A stretch of DNA of 32,000 bases from the NCBI RefSeq assembly GCF_000341895.1, contig NC_020409.1:630001-662000 (forward strand), read 5' to 3'. The notes under the pieces were generated by a model. It did not search any database, was not told the origin of the DNA, and worked only from the letters and a program-made list of their open reading frames with translations. The translations under genes and the position numbers were made by a program. Positions 1 through 8,914 of this stretch are shown piece by piece; positions within the stretch are counted from its first letter, which is position 1, and each line of letters opens with the position of its first letter. The stretch is from Pseudodesulfovibrio piezophilus C1TLV30 (lineage in GTDB: Bacteria; Desulfobacterota; Desulfovibrionia; Desulfovibrionales; Desulfovibrionaceae).

Positions 1-2
1 AT

Positions 3-176
3 GAGCCGTATGGCATCGGCCTGCCCCAAGATGACTCTGCTTGGCGTGACGCCATCAACTTCACAGTGCAGGATATGTGGAAAGACGGCACCTACATGAC
101 CATCTACAATAAATGGTTCGGTCCTGAGTCTTCCTATCCGTTCCCCATGACTTCCAAGATCGAAATGTGGCCTTAA
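3..176 (+). CDS. Amino-acid ABC transporter periplasmic substrate-binding protein, C-terminal fragment (5' end outside window)
   Basis: Frame 3 is open from the window edge to TAA at 174-176. It reads EPYGIGLPQDDSAWRDAINFTVQDMWKDGTYMTIYNKWFG...KIEMWP, colinear with the C-terminus of the complete SBP at 8065-8871 (SEPYGLGVPSNDSAFRDFVNKALNEMWLDGSYQKTFKKWMG...IEIWPM). It is absent from the ORF track because it has no start in the window. Confidence 0.75.
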   Translation, partial: EPYGIGLPQDDSAWRDAINFTVQDMWKDGTYMTIYNKWFGPESSYPFPMTSKIEMWP

Positions 177-243
177 GCCCAGAGCTGAACGCCAAACCAG
201 GTCCCGAAGCCCCGGCTTCGGGACCTTTGCTTCGGATATATAC

Positions 244-2007
244 ATGCTGAAAAGATATTTTGAAAAGGCCTGGGTTCAGAACCTCACCCTGCTGGCAATG
301 CTCGGCTTGGTGGTTTGTTATTTCACCTTTTTCTTCGAATTCAAATACGACTTTGACTGGGCCGTCTTCGTCACCGAAGGTCAGTATGGGCACATGGGAC
401 ATCTGATGCTCAACGGTCTCAACCTGACCCTGACGATTACTATATACTCAGCCGTCATAGCGCTCCTCTTCGGAACTATTTTCGGATTGGCCAGACTTTC
501 GAGTTTCAAACCCGTATACTGGTTTGCAACCTGTTACGTCGAGCTATTCCGCAATACCCCACTTCTCATTCAGCTCTTTTTCTGGAACTTTGCATTCCCC
601 TATGCATTTCCTGATGAAATCAGATTTAAAATTTTTGAACTTGATTTTGAATTCTGGGTAGCTACAATCGGTTGTGGCATCTTCACAGGCGCATTCATGG
701 CTGAAATTATCCGAGCCGGTATACAATCTATTCCCAAAGGATTACTGGAAGCTTCCTACTCATCAGGTTTGAACTTCACACAAACTCTACGCAAGGTTAT
801 CCTGCCACTGGCTTTTCGAGAAATTATCCCCCCCTTGGGAAGTGAATTTCTCAACAATATGAAAAATACATCCCTTGCCATGACCATCGGAGTGACCGAA
901 CTTTTTTGGTCCATGCAGGAAGTTCTTTCACTGACATACCGCACATTCGAATCCATTACCGCTGCTACCGTTATTTACTTGATACTCTCGCTGACGATTG
1001 CGTGTATTCTCAATATAGTAAACGAAAAACTCAAGATCATGCCAAGAGGCGAGACGTCTTTCCTCCGGCGGATTGCCGATATTGTTTTCATGCCCTTTGG
1101 CCTAATAGGCTCCAGTCTTGAATACATATTCTGGTACTTTAGAAAACCTCCCGAAGCTCGCACGGTTTCACCGTTTCGCCGCCTGCTTCATACAAGTGTG
1201 AAAACCCTGATACAAGCGGCAAAGACTCTCTTTGTCATCGCCCTGCTGTATCTCATCTATTTAATAATAATGGCTGTCGCTGCCTTTAATTTTGATGTAA
1301 TCTTTGCAAACTTGAAGTCATTGCTCATTTGGAGATTTCCAAAGGGAGATGATACAGAATTCTTCATGGGACTTGGAGGCCTCTCGGGCTCCCTGCTCAT
1401 TTCGATATTCTCTATCAGTGGTAGCTTTATCATTGGCCTCTTCATCGGTATGGGGCGTACAGCAAAGAACAGGGCCATCAAAATCCCCTGTATGCTTTAC
1501 ATCGAATTAGTCCGTGGAATTCCCCTACTCCTCGTCATTTTCTGGTTTTATCAAGTCGTGCTGGATTTTGTTTTCAAAATCGATATTCACGCCTTCTGGG
1601 CTGGCACCATTGCCTTGACCTTCTTCTTTGGTGCGTATGTCGCAGAGACTGTCCGTGGGGGCATTGAAAATATTCCTGTGGGCCAAGTTGAAGCAGCAAA
1701 AGCCTCCGGGTTGAGTTACTTCCAGACCATGCGCAAAATAGTCCTCCCACAAGCTCTCAAACAAATGCTTCCTGCTTTGGTAGGGATGTTCATCGCTGCC
1801 TTCAAGGATACTTCTCTGCTCTACATCATCGGCGTCATGGATCTGACCCGAGCTGCCTACGCAGTCAACAACAGGCTTATGATTTATCCCTTTGAAATCT
1901 ATACCACTGTCGTGGTCTTGTATTTCATGTTCAGTTACATTATGAGCCTCTATGCAAAACGACTGGAAAGAAAACTCAGTCCAGAAAACATCCGTATTGA
2001 AATGTAA
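244..2007 (+). CDS. Polar amino-acid ABC transporter permease, fused tandem (two permease domains in one 587-aa chain)
   Basis: There are two copies of the His/Glu/Gln/Arg-type permease signature. The N half has ELFRNTPLLIQLFFWNF and EASYSSGL...ILPLA. The C half has ELVRGIPLLLVIFWFY and EAAKASGLSYFQTMRKIVLPQA. The halves resemble the separate permeases at 7211-7978 and 6482-7201 respectively. Confidence 0.85.
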   Translation: MLKRYFEKAWVQNLTLLAMLGLVVCYFTFFFEFKYDFDWAVFVTEGQYGHMGHLMLNGLNLTLTITIYSAVIALLFGTIFGLARLSSFKPVYWFATCYVELFRNTPLLIQLFFWNFAFPYAFPDEIRFKIFELDFEFWVATIGCGIFTGAFMAEIIRAGIQSIPKGLLEASYSSGLNFTQTLRKVILPLAFREIIPPLGSEFLNNMKNTSLAMTIGVTELFWSMQEVLSLTYRTFESITAATVIYLILSLTIACILNIVNEKLKIMPRGETSFLRRIADIVFMPFGLIGSSLEYIFWYFRKPPEARTVSPFRRLLHTSVKTLIQAAKTLFVIALLYLIYLIIMAVAAFNFDVIFANLKSLLIWRFPKGDDTEFFMGLGGLSGSLLISIFSISGSFIIGLFIGMGRTAKNRAIKIPCMLYIELVRGIPLLLVIFWFYQVVLDFVFKIDIHAFWAGTIALTFFFGAYVAETVRGGIENIPVGQVEAAKASGLSYFQTMRKIVLPQALKQMLPALVGMFIAAFKDTSLLYIIGVMDLTRAAYAVNNRLMIYPFEIYTTVVVLYFMFSYIMSLYAKRLERKLSPENIRIEM

Positions 2008-2023
2008 AGACACTCTCAAAAAA

Positions 2024-2051
2024 AATGGGGAAGCTAGAAAGCTTCCCCATT
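2024..2051. terminator. Bidirectional intrinsic terminator between convergent genes
   Basis: Perfect 12-bp stem AATGGGGAAGCT/AGCTTCCCCATT with a 4-nt loop. It is flanked by an A-run upstream and a T-rich tail downstream, between the stops at 2007 (+) and 2071 (-). Confidence 0.7.
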
Positions 2052-2070
2052 TTAATTTACAGAGTCTGAG

Positions 2071-2661
2071 CTAACTATCTATCGACCAAACATCACCAGC
2101 GTCCATTCCCCATTCCTTCTTGGCTAATCGGTGCCCCAAATTGAAGGCCTTGGTATTCACCGCTCGGATCTTGGCCGGAAGTGATGACTCCAAACTTTTC
2201 CGCATTGTAGCCTGATTTATGAAGGGCAAAAGAAATGAGAGAGAGCCAAGCACAACTGTATTCATAGCCTGAACAATGCCAACTTTCTCCTTGGCTAGCT
2301 TGGTATAAGCTAACCCAAGAAATCTATTCGTCGGTGGCTGTGGAACCAAATCCGACTCCAGAATCAAAATACCACCAGGTTTTAGATAAGGATAGTAGGC
2401 ATTACAAGCTTCCTGAGAAAGCGCGACCAATATATCCAAACTCTCAGCCTTTGGGTAACTAATCGATTCTGAACTGATAACAAGATCACATCGGCTTGAA
2501 CCACCGCGAGCTTCAGGCCCATAACTCTGGGTCTGAGTGACATTATATCCATGACCAAGAGCCAACCCTTGGCCCATGACACGCCCAAGGGTAATAATTC
2601 CCTGCCCGCCAAGACCGGAGAACCGTATTTCAAAACGATCCAAATCCTGTTGCGGTTTCAT
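2071..2661 (-). CDS. 2-oxoacid:ferredoxin oxidoreductase, gamma subunit
   Basis: MKPQQDLDRFEIRFSGLGGQGIITLG... matches the typical gamma-subunit N-terminus. The start was moved to the ATG at 2661, which has a GGGGGA SD and lies 1 nt after the beta-subunit stop. The longer ORF-track N-terminus overlaps the beta gene. Confidence 0.8.
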   Translation of the reverse strand: MKPQQDLDRFEIRFSGLGGQGIITLGRVMGQGLALGHGYNVTQTQSYGPEARGGSSRCDLVISSESISYPKAESLDILVALSQEACNAYYPYLKPGGILILESDLVPQPPTNRFLGLAYTKLAKEKVGIVQAMNTVVLGSLSFLLPFINQATMRKSLESSLPAKIRAVNTKAFNLGHRLAKKEWGMDAGDVWSIDS

Positions 2662-2662
2662 A

Positions 2663-3514
2663 TTATTTGTCCCCCTTTTCAACTTGCTCAAGGAGCCGTC
2701 TTTGTAAGGCGGAATACTTTTCCTCAAAGCCATCTCGATCTTTCTGCACGAAAACTCCGATAGGAATACGGTCTTCGCGTTCCTGCTCTGGCATTTCATT
2801 ATATCGATCTATGGGCACTGCCGCTTTTTTCATCCATTTGTACATATCCACAGGAGTCTTATAGCTATTTTTACGCCCATATTGCGTATGGCACGGGGTG
2901 ATGGCTTCAACCACACTGAAGCCAGGCCGGGCAATAGCATCGGTCAAAACTCTCTCAAGCTTTCTGACGTGAAAGACAGTTCCTCGTGCCACATAATTAG
3001 CCCCAGCCCCTCTGGCCAATTCAACGGTGTCGAAGCTCTTATCAAGCTGACCATATGGATTAGTCATGGTGGTTGAACCCGCCGGTGTCGCGGGAGAACT
3101 TTGACCACCAGTCATTCCATAAATATTATTATTGAGGATTAAGGCTGTAACACCAATATTCCTTCTGGCCGCATGGATAAGATGATTCCCACCTATGGAT
3201 AAGGCATCTCCATCACCCATGATGGTTATGACGTTAAGCTTGGGATTGGCCATCTTGATACCAGTAGCGAAAGTCAAAGCACGCCCGTGTGTGGTGTGAA
3301 TAGTGTTAAAATCCACATAAACAGCCAACCGCCCCGAGCACCCAATCCCAGCAACAATGACAACATCATCCTTGGGAATTCCCAAAGAGTGAAGAGAGCG
3401 GATAAGAGTACCGAGCACGATGCCATGCCCACAACCTGCACACAATACATGAGGAAATTTCTTGTTATGCCTCAAATATTGATGAATTATTTCATTTCCG
3501 GTAAATGTATTCAT
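2663..3514 (-). CDS. 2-oxoacid:ferredoxin oxidoreductase, beta (TPP-binding) subunit
   Basis: Contains CAGCGHG, GIGCSGR and the TPP motif IMGDGDALSIGGNH...NNNIYGMTGGQ. The start was taken at MNTFTGNE (3514), 4 nt after the alpha stop. Confidence 0.85.
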   Translation of the reverse strand: MNTFTGNEIIHQYLRHNKKFPHVLCAGCGHGIVLGTLIRSLHSLGIPKDDVVIVAGIGCSGRLAVYVDFNTIHTTHGRALTFATGIKMANPKLNVITIMGDGDALSIGGNHLIHAARRNIGVTALILNNNIYGMTGGQSSPATPAGSTTMTNPYGQLDKSFDTVELARGAGANYVARGTVFHVRKLERVLTDAIARPGFSVVEAITPCHTQYGRKNSYKTPVDMYKWMKKAAVPIDRYNEMPEQEREDRIPIGVFVQKDRDGFEEKYSALQRRLLEQVEKGDK

Positions 3515-3518
3515 CGTA

Positions 3519-4664
3519 CTATCCCTGCATGATAACCTTGAGAATTTCGGTAGGAGTGACAATCTGCCCGTCAATACGATTGATGGTACGAACTGCAGCC
3601 CTCCCCATATTCACTCGCTTAACCTCTCTCGACATCTGCCCCATATTCATTTCTGGTACAACAAGGGTTTTAGCATGAGCTAAAACCTTTTCGGTTTTTC
3701 GACGAGGATATGGAAACAAAGTCTTGAGCTTCAAGAGTCCGGCTTTCATACCATTCTCTCGGGCTTTTTGAACGGCGAGTTCGGCAGACCTGGCAACGCT
3801 GCCATACGCAATGACGACAATATCGGCATCGTCGAGTAGATATTCGCCTACCAATTGAATATCATAAAAAAATTGATCAATTTTACGATGAATGCGCTCC
3901 ATCAATTCAACGACTTCTTCAGGGCGCTGAGTGGGAAATCCATTCCGATCGTGTGTCAAACCTGTCGTATGAAAACGATATCCTGAACCAAGCGGTGGCA
4001 TGGGCGGAACTCCGCGAACGGTCTCTTCATACGGCTTATACCATTCTGGTGGCATAGAGGGGATAGTTCGAGAAAACACCTCATAATCACCCTCATTAGG
4101 AATCTCTATTTTCTCACGCGTATGGGCGGTCACCTCATCAAGAAGTAATATGACTGGAGTTCGATATTTTTCAGCCATGTTAAACGCCGTAATTGTCATA
4201 TCCATACATTCCTGAACATTGGATGCAGATAAAACGATTATAGGATGATCTCCATGAGTTCCCCACCGCGCTTGTTGTACATCTCCCTGAGCCGGACATG
4301 TTGGTAACCCCGTGGATGGGCCGCCCCGCATAACATTTACCAAAACCAATGGAGTTTCAGCCATGATAGCGTATCCAAGATTTTCCTGCTTCAGTGAAAA
4401 GCCAGGACCACTGGTTGCTGTTAAAACCTTTCTACCAGCAAGAGAAGCACCAATGACGGCACCCATACTTGCTATTTCATCTTCCATTTGAAGAAAAACT
4501 CCATCTTCAAGCTTTGGGAGCCTATTGGCCATGATCTCCATAATTTCGGAAGAAGGCGTGATAGGATATCCACTATAAAAAGAACATCCTGCCAAAAGAG
4601 CTCCCTCAACCACTGCCTCATTACCTAAAGCAAAAATTTCCCTATGTTTTTTGGGCCTAGGCAT
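3519..4664 (-). CDS. 2-oxoacid:ferredoxin oxidoreductase, alpha subunit
   Basis: 381 aa. GNEAVVEGALLAGCSFYSGYPITPSSEI and TATSGPGFSL are typical of KorA/PorA/VorB-type alpha subunits. The gene order delta-alpha-beta-gamma supports the call. Confidence 0.85.
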   Translation of the reverse strand: MPRPKKHREIFALGNEAVVEGALLAGCSFYSGYPITPSSEIMEIMANRLPKLEDGVFLQMEDEIASMGAVIGASLAGRKVLTATSGPGFSLKQENLGYAIMAETPLVLVNVMRGGPSTGLPTCPAQGDVQQARWGTHGDHPIIVLSASNVQECMDMTITAFNMAEKYRTPVILLLDEVTAHTREKIEIPNEGDYEVFSRTIPSMPPEWYKPYEETVRGVPPMPPLGSGYRFHTTGLTHDRNGFPTQRPEEVVELMERIHRKIDQFFYDIQLVGEYLLDDADIVVIAYGSVARSAELAVQKARENGMKAGLLKLKTLFPYPRRKTEKVLAHAKTLVVPEMNMGQMSREVKRVNMGRAAVRTINRIDGQIVTPTEILKVIMQG

Positions 4665-4669
4665 AACTA

Positions 4670-4939
4670 TTATGCTCCCTTGGTCTTCTTGGAATGCACA
4701 TCTGAAGGGTCATCATTTCCCTCACCTTCTTCCTTATCTTTTACGATAATCGCAAAATCAGGACAGTGCAGTTCACAAAATCCACACCGGATGCAATCCT
4801 CCTCGTGTGTTACCACAGCTTTCCCCTGATCGCTCAATTCAAGAACCTTGACTGGGCAGAATTCAACACAGATGCCGCACCCCTTACACCAGTCAGGATA
4901 GACGGTAACCTTACTTTTTCCCTTTTCTCTCTTGGCCAT
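4670..4939 (-). CDS. 2-oxoacid:ferredoxin oxidoreductase, delta subunit (2x[4Fe-4S] ferredoxin)
   Basis: Two CxxCxxCxxxCP motifs (CKGCGICVEFCP, CIRCGFCELHCP). The start was taken at MAKREKG (4939), preceded by GAAGGAG. Confidence 0.8.
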   Translation of the reverse strand: MAKREKGKSKVTVYPDWCKGCGICVEFCPVKVLELSDQGKAVVTHEEDCIRCGFCELHCPDFAIIVKDKEEGEGNDDPSDVHSKKTKGA

Positions 4940-5123
4940 AGCTCCTTCCACCAATGCTTTTACTCTGAGCATCATGCCCAGCAAGTTGTTCAAGACAACG
5001 TCAATAGATTTTCATACCCAATGGTATATACCTGAACTCCTAACAGGTTCTTTTCCTGTGTAAAGGCTTTTCGAAAATTCCTTCCGAGGGATTCTTAAAA
5101 TAAAAATGAAAAACAAAAAAAAA

Positions 5124-5149
5124 GCGCCAGAAATCTTTATTTCCGACGC
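5124..5149 (-). terminator. Intrinsic terminator after cbiC
   Basis: Imperfect GC-rich hairpin GCGCCAGAAAT/ATTTCCGACGC with 2 mismatches. On the minus strand it is followed by a long T-run, 27 nt downstream of the cbiC stop. Confidence 0.55.
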
Positions 5150-5175
5150 TTTTTTTGTTTTGTAAAAAATAAAAA

Positions 5176-5814
5176 TCAAAGAGCAAGAAGAGCCAATGCA
5201 TTGATCACGGATGCAGCAAGAGCACTCCCCCCCTTACGCCCCTCTACCGCAATATAAGGGATGTCACGACTCATCAGTAAATATTTTGACTCCGCAGCAT
5301 TCACGAAACCAACAGGCATTCCGACCACCAGAGCAGGCGAAACATTCCCAAGATCAAAATGTTCAACAAGCCGAATGAGCGCTGTAGGAGCATTCCCAAC
5401 AATATAAATCTTCGGTTTTATTTCTTGAATCGCGATGTCGATAGCTGCTTTAGCTCTCGTAATACCTTCATTCTTCGCTCTTATGACCACTCTTTTGTCA
5501 TTCATAAGACAATGAACCTGGCAGCCTAAGGGGGTAAGTCTACGAACAGGAATACCTCGTTTGGCCATCTCCGTATCAGTAACCAAGGTTGCTCCTGAGC
5601 GCAGGGCTTCAATTCCTGACTCCAAGGCATTTTCATGAAATCTGACAAGATCGAGCATTTCAAAGTCAGCCGTTGTGTGAATCATACGGCGGACTATTTG
5701 CCATTTTTGGCCATCAAATTTTCGCGGTTCAGGGATTTCCGAATCGATAATGCGAAACGATTCAGCTTCGATTTCTTCGGGTTTTTTAAAATTCTGAAGC
5801 ATTATTTTTGGCAT
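5176..5814 (-). CDS. cbiC: Cobalt-precorrin-8 methylmutase (precorrin isomerase)
   Basis: EIEAESFRIIDSE, IHTTADFE and IVGNAPTAL are characteristic of CbiC/CobH. An alternative start, the ATG at 5802, would form a TAATG overlap with the deoC stop. Confidence 0.8.
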   Translation of the reverse strand: MPKIMLQNFKKPEEIEAESFRIIDSEIPEPRKFDGQKWQIVRRMIHTTADFEMLDLVRFHENALESGIEALRSGATLVTDTEMAKRGIPVRRLTPLGCQVHCLMNDKRVVIRAKNEGITRAKAAIDIAIQEIKPKIYIVGNAPTALIRLVEHFDLGNVSPALVVGMPVGFVNAAESKYLLMSRDIPYIAVEGRKGGSALAASVINALALLAL

Positions 5815-6481
5815 TCTTCCCCCATTTGACCCGAAATAATGGCAACAGGTGCCGACGTTCCAAGTCGATTAGCTCCGGCCTCTATCATGGCAAGAGCATC
5901 TTTATAGTTCAAAACTCCGCCATTTGCTTTCACCCCGATATCAAAACCAACAGTCCTGCGCATTATTTTTACCGCTTCAACTGAGGCTCCACCGTAACCG
6001 AAACCGGTGCATATCTTAACAAAAGCAGCTCCACTCTCAAGACTCAAAAGGCATGCTCTCCCAGTCTCATTTTTGGACAAGATTAATATCTCAAGAATAA
6101 CCTTAACAAGGCTACCGGACGCAGCGTTGACAACCGATACAATATCTTCTGCGATAAACAACTCGTCTCCACTTTTGAACGCTCCAATATTCATAACCAT
6201 GTCAACTTCACACGCTCCTGATGCAATGGCTGCTCGTGCCTCAAGAACTTTTACTTCTGTAAAGGTTGCCCCTAAAGGAAAAACTATCACCAAAATAGCG
6301 AGTGAATTGGCCCCGTCCAAATTTGCGCTTATTCGCGAAACAAAATGAGGGTTAACACTAACACCATAAAACCAAACCGCACGGCCTAAGAGCAGACTTC
6401 ATCTAACTCTCGGACCGTGGCGGTGGGTTTAAGCAGCGTATGGTCAAGATAGGACGCAATGTCCTCTTGTCTCGGTATCAC
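5802..6481 (-). pseudogene. deoC: Deoxyribose-phosphate aldolase, interrupted by a 1-nt frameshift
   Basis: The C-terminal frame reads VFPLGA...GACEVDMVMNIG...VKVILE...FVKICTGFGYGGA...GVKANGG. The N-terminus (GTG at 6481, IASYLDHTLLKPTATVRELDEVCS*) sits in another frame and stops at 6386-6388. The span is 680 nt, which is not a multiple of 3. Restoring one T in the TT at 6388-6389 (minus strand) gives a colinear DeoC. Confidence 0.75.
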
Positions 6482-7201
6482 TTAGCGATCCCGAGCCTGA
6501 TATCGCGAAAGCTGTGCTTCAAGTCGACGACTGTATGAAGTCAACATGTAACAAACCATGAAGTACAGAGCCGCGATGGTAATCCATACCTCGAACGAAG
6601 CAACCATTTCTCTATTATCAACCTGAACTCCAGTCCGGGTCAACTCATTGACACCAAGTATGGCTGCGAGAGATGTGTCTTTTGTCAACGATACAAATTG
6701 ATTGACAAAAGAGGGGATCATATTCCTCAATGACTGTGGAAGAATAACGTATCGCATAGCCTGGTAATGAGATAGTCCCGAGCCTCGCGCAGCCTCCATC
6801 TGTCCTTTAGGCAAGGCTTGCACCCCAGCACGAACAATCTCAGCTACGTATGCCGCAGTAAAAATCATAAAGCAGACCATTGTTGTAGAGAAAGCCGGCA
6901 AAGAACGACCTATCAGAACTGGAGCAAGAAAGAAAAACCAGAATATGAGAAGCAAGAGCGGCATTCCGCGTATCATTTCTATATAAATGACAGCTGTCAG
7001 TTTAACCCACCATCTACGAGAAAGACGCATCAGGCCTGCCGCGAGTCCTATCCAAAAAGCGCCAAAGATTCCAACGCCTGCGAGTATAATTGCAGCAGCT
7101 AACCCACCCAAGTTGTGAACAAATGGAAAGACACCATTGAATTTAGCTTGCCCCCAAAGGAAGTAATCAAAATTATCTAGAACAATATCCCAATGCATCA
7201 A
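6482..7201 (-). CDS. Polar amino-acid ABC transporter permease
   Basis: EMIRGMPLLLLIFWFFF, EAARGSGLSHYQAMRYVILPQSL and multiple TM segments. Confidence 0.85.
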   Translation of the reverse strand: MMHWDIVLDNFDYFLWGQAKFNGVFPFVHNLGGLAAAIILAGVGIFGAFWIGLAAGLMRLSRRWWVKLTAVIYIEMIRGMPLLLLIFWFFFLAPVLIGRSLPAFSTTMVCFMIFTAAYVAEIVRAGVQALPKGQMEAARGSGLSHYQAMRYVILPQSLRNMIPSFVNQFVSLTKDTSLAAILGVNELTRTGVQVDNREMVASFEVWITIAALYFMVCYMLTSYSRRLEAQLSRYQARDR

Positions 7202-7210
7202 AGTATCCCC

Positions 7211-7978
7211 CTAGTACATGACCTGGATCATGAAGTGTTTATTATACATAGTGATGCAGAAGGAGACGACCAGAGAAATGATCAGGTAAATCAACAATGC
7301 AACGGAAAATGCCTCGAACGGAATGGCGTGGTATGACTCTATCTGACTCGCCATATACATCAGATCAGTCACCCCAATAACCATACACAAAGATGAGTTT
7401 TTGATAAGATTTAAAGCTTGGGAAATGAGTGGTGGTATAACAATCCGCAAAGCTTGTGGCAAAATGACATAACGATATCCCTGCAGAAAAGAAAGTCCTA
7501 CTGCCCGCGAGGCCTCAAGTTGATTTTTAGGGATGGAAAAGATGCCAGCTCGAATCTCTTCGGCAATGAATGCAGAGCTATAAACAGTCAAGGCAATCAC
7601 ACCGGAAATCAACTCAACATTGAAAAGAATCCACTCACCGACAAAAGTATGTCCTAAGAGTGAAAAAGGTCCGGGGAACCAATAGTACAAATCATTCATC
7701 CATTCATTAATGGCGCTGGGGATCACAAAATGGGAAGCATTGTACCAAAAGAAAATCTGAACAAGCAGCGGTGTATTCCTGAAAAATTCAGTATAAGCAA
7801 GGCTCAGCCATTGCAAAGGTTTAAATGGAACCATCCGCATGATACAAATTATGATCCCAAGAATCATGGCACAGATCAAAGCGATTGTAGAAATCTGCAA
7901 TGTTGTGACAAATCCTTCCCACATCCAAAGAGCGGGTTCGCCGGAAAACATTTTATCCCAGTGAAACGTATACTGCAA
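7211..7978 (-). CDS. Polar amino-acid ABC transporter permease
   Basis: EFFRNTPLLVQIFFWY and EASRAVGLSFLQGYRYVILPQAL. It lies 9 nt upstream of the second permease. Confidence 0.85.
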   Translation of the reverse strand: MQYTFHWDKMFSGEPALWMWEGFVTTLQISTIALICAMILGIIICIMRMVPFKPLQWLSLAYTEFFRNTPLLVQIFFWYNASHFVIPSAINEWMNDLYYWFPGPFSLLGHTFVGEWILFNVELISGVIALTVYSSAFIAEEIRAGIFSIPKNQLEASRAVGLSFLQGYRYVILPQALRIVIPPLISQALNLIKNSSLCMVIGVTDLMYMASQIESYHAIPFEAFSVALLIYLIISLVVSFCITMYNKHFMIQVMY

Positions 7979-8064
7979 GGCTCTATCCGTCGGTTTGAGT
8001 GAAATAGAAAAACAGGAAAACCGGGAGCACCCTGGGGTACTCCCGGTAAGAAGACACTATCAAA

Positions 8065-8871
8065 TTACATGGGCCAGATTTCGATAGACCAACCGGCAGG
8101 CAAGTCGTATCCCATCCATTTTTTGAACGTTTTTTGGTATGAACCGTCGAGCCACATCTCGTTAAGGGCCTTATTGACGAAATCGCGGAAAGCAGAGTCA
8201 TTGGAAGGCACACCCAATCCATATGGCTCTGAAGAGAAAAATTCTCCAACAATCTCCCAATTATCTGGGTTGTCATCGCCAGCCTTCAGACCTGCGAGAA
8301 TACCGGAATCAGTAGTGACAGCTTTCACCTTACCCTGCTTTAAAGCCATAAAAGCCTGCGGATATTCATCATAAGAAATAACCTGAGCTTTGGGCTGAGC
8401 AGCTTTGATATTCTTTTCTGAAGTTGACCCTTTAACAGTTCCAACTTTCTTGTTCACCAAGTCATCTGTGGACAGAATGCCAGATCCCTTCTTCACAAGG
8501 AGCTTTTGACCATCCATGAAGTAGGTGATTGAAAAATCAATCTGCTCGTCACGAGAGAACTTGTGAGTCATGGTTGCGGCCAGGATATCGACTGACCCTT
8601 GAGCCAACATCGGGATACGATTCTTGGAAGTAACCACTTTAAATTCAGTCTTCACACCCAGTTTGGAAGCAATGTACTTGCAAACGTCAACATCAAAGCC
8701 AACCAGATCCTTGGTGTCAGGGTCAATGAAACCAAAAAGATTCACAGAGTCCTTAACACCACAGACAAGTACACCGGCAGCTTTAACATCTTCAATTTTG
8801 CCGGCCGAGGCCACAGATGCCGCGAACATGAAGGACAATACCAAAGCCAGAACGATAACCAGACGTTTCAT
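8065..8871 (-). CDS. Amino-acid ABC transporter periplasmic substrate-binding protein
   Basis: Signal peptide MKRLVIVLALVLSFMFAASVASA, a family-3 SBP-like body, and a GGAGG SD before the ATG. Confidence 0.85.
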   Translation of the reverse strand: MKRLVIVLALVLSFMFAASVASAGKIEDVKAAGVLVCGVKDSVNLFGFIDPDTKDLVGFDVDVCKYIASKLGVKTEFKVVTSKNRIPMLAQGSVDILAATMTHKFSRDEQIDFSITYFMDGQKLLVKKGSGILSTDDLVNKKVGTVKGSTSEKNIKAAQPKAQVISYDEYPQAFMALKQGKVKAVTTDSGILAGLKAGDDNPDNWEIVGEFFSSEPYGLGVPSNDSAFRDFVNKALNEMWLDGSYQKTFKKWMGYDLPAGWSIEIWPM

Positions 8872-8914
8872 AGTTCCTCCTCTCTCAATAGGAATTACGG
8901 GTTGAATACCAATA

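Noticed and set aside
1525-2019. 164-aa minus-strand ORF
   Set aside because: It is antisense to the C-terminal permease domain of the fused ABC permease and has no motif.
2662-2799. N-terminal extensions of track ORFs (gamma subunit 2662-2799; likewise beta 3515-3574, delta 4940-4993, qrcC 12228-12275, qrcB 14189-14260, manC 16552-16725)
   Set aside because: Each extension overlaps the 3' end of the upstream gene and lacks family similarity. Internal starts with good SDs sit right after the upstream stop codons and begin exactly where family-typical N-termini begin.
6380-6400. Possibility that the deoC frame change is programmed -1 ribosomal frameshifting
   Set aside because: There is no slippery heptamer (X XXY YYZ) and no downstream stimulatory structure that I could see. 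A 1-nt loss in a TT(T) run explains it fully.
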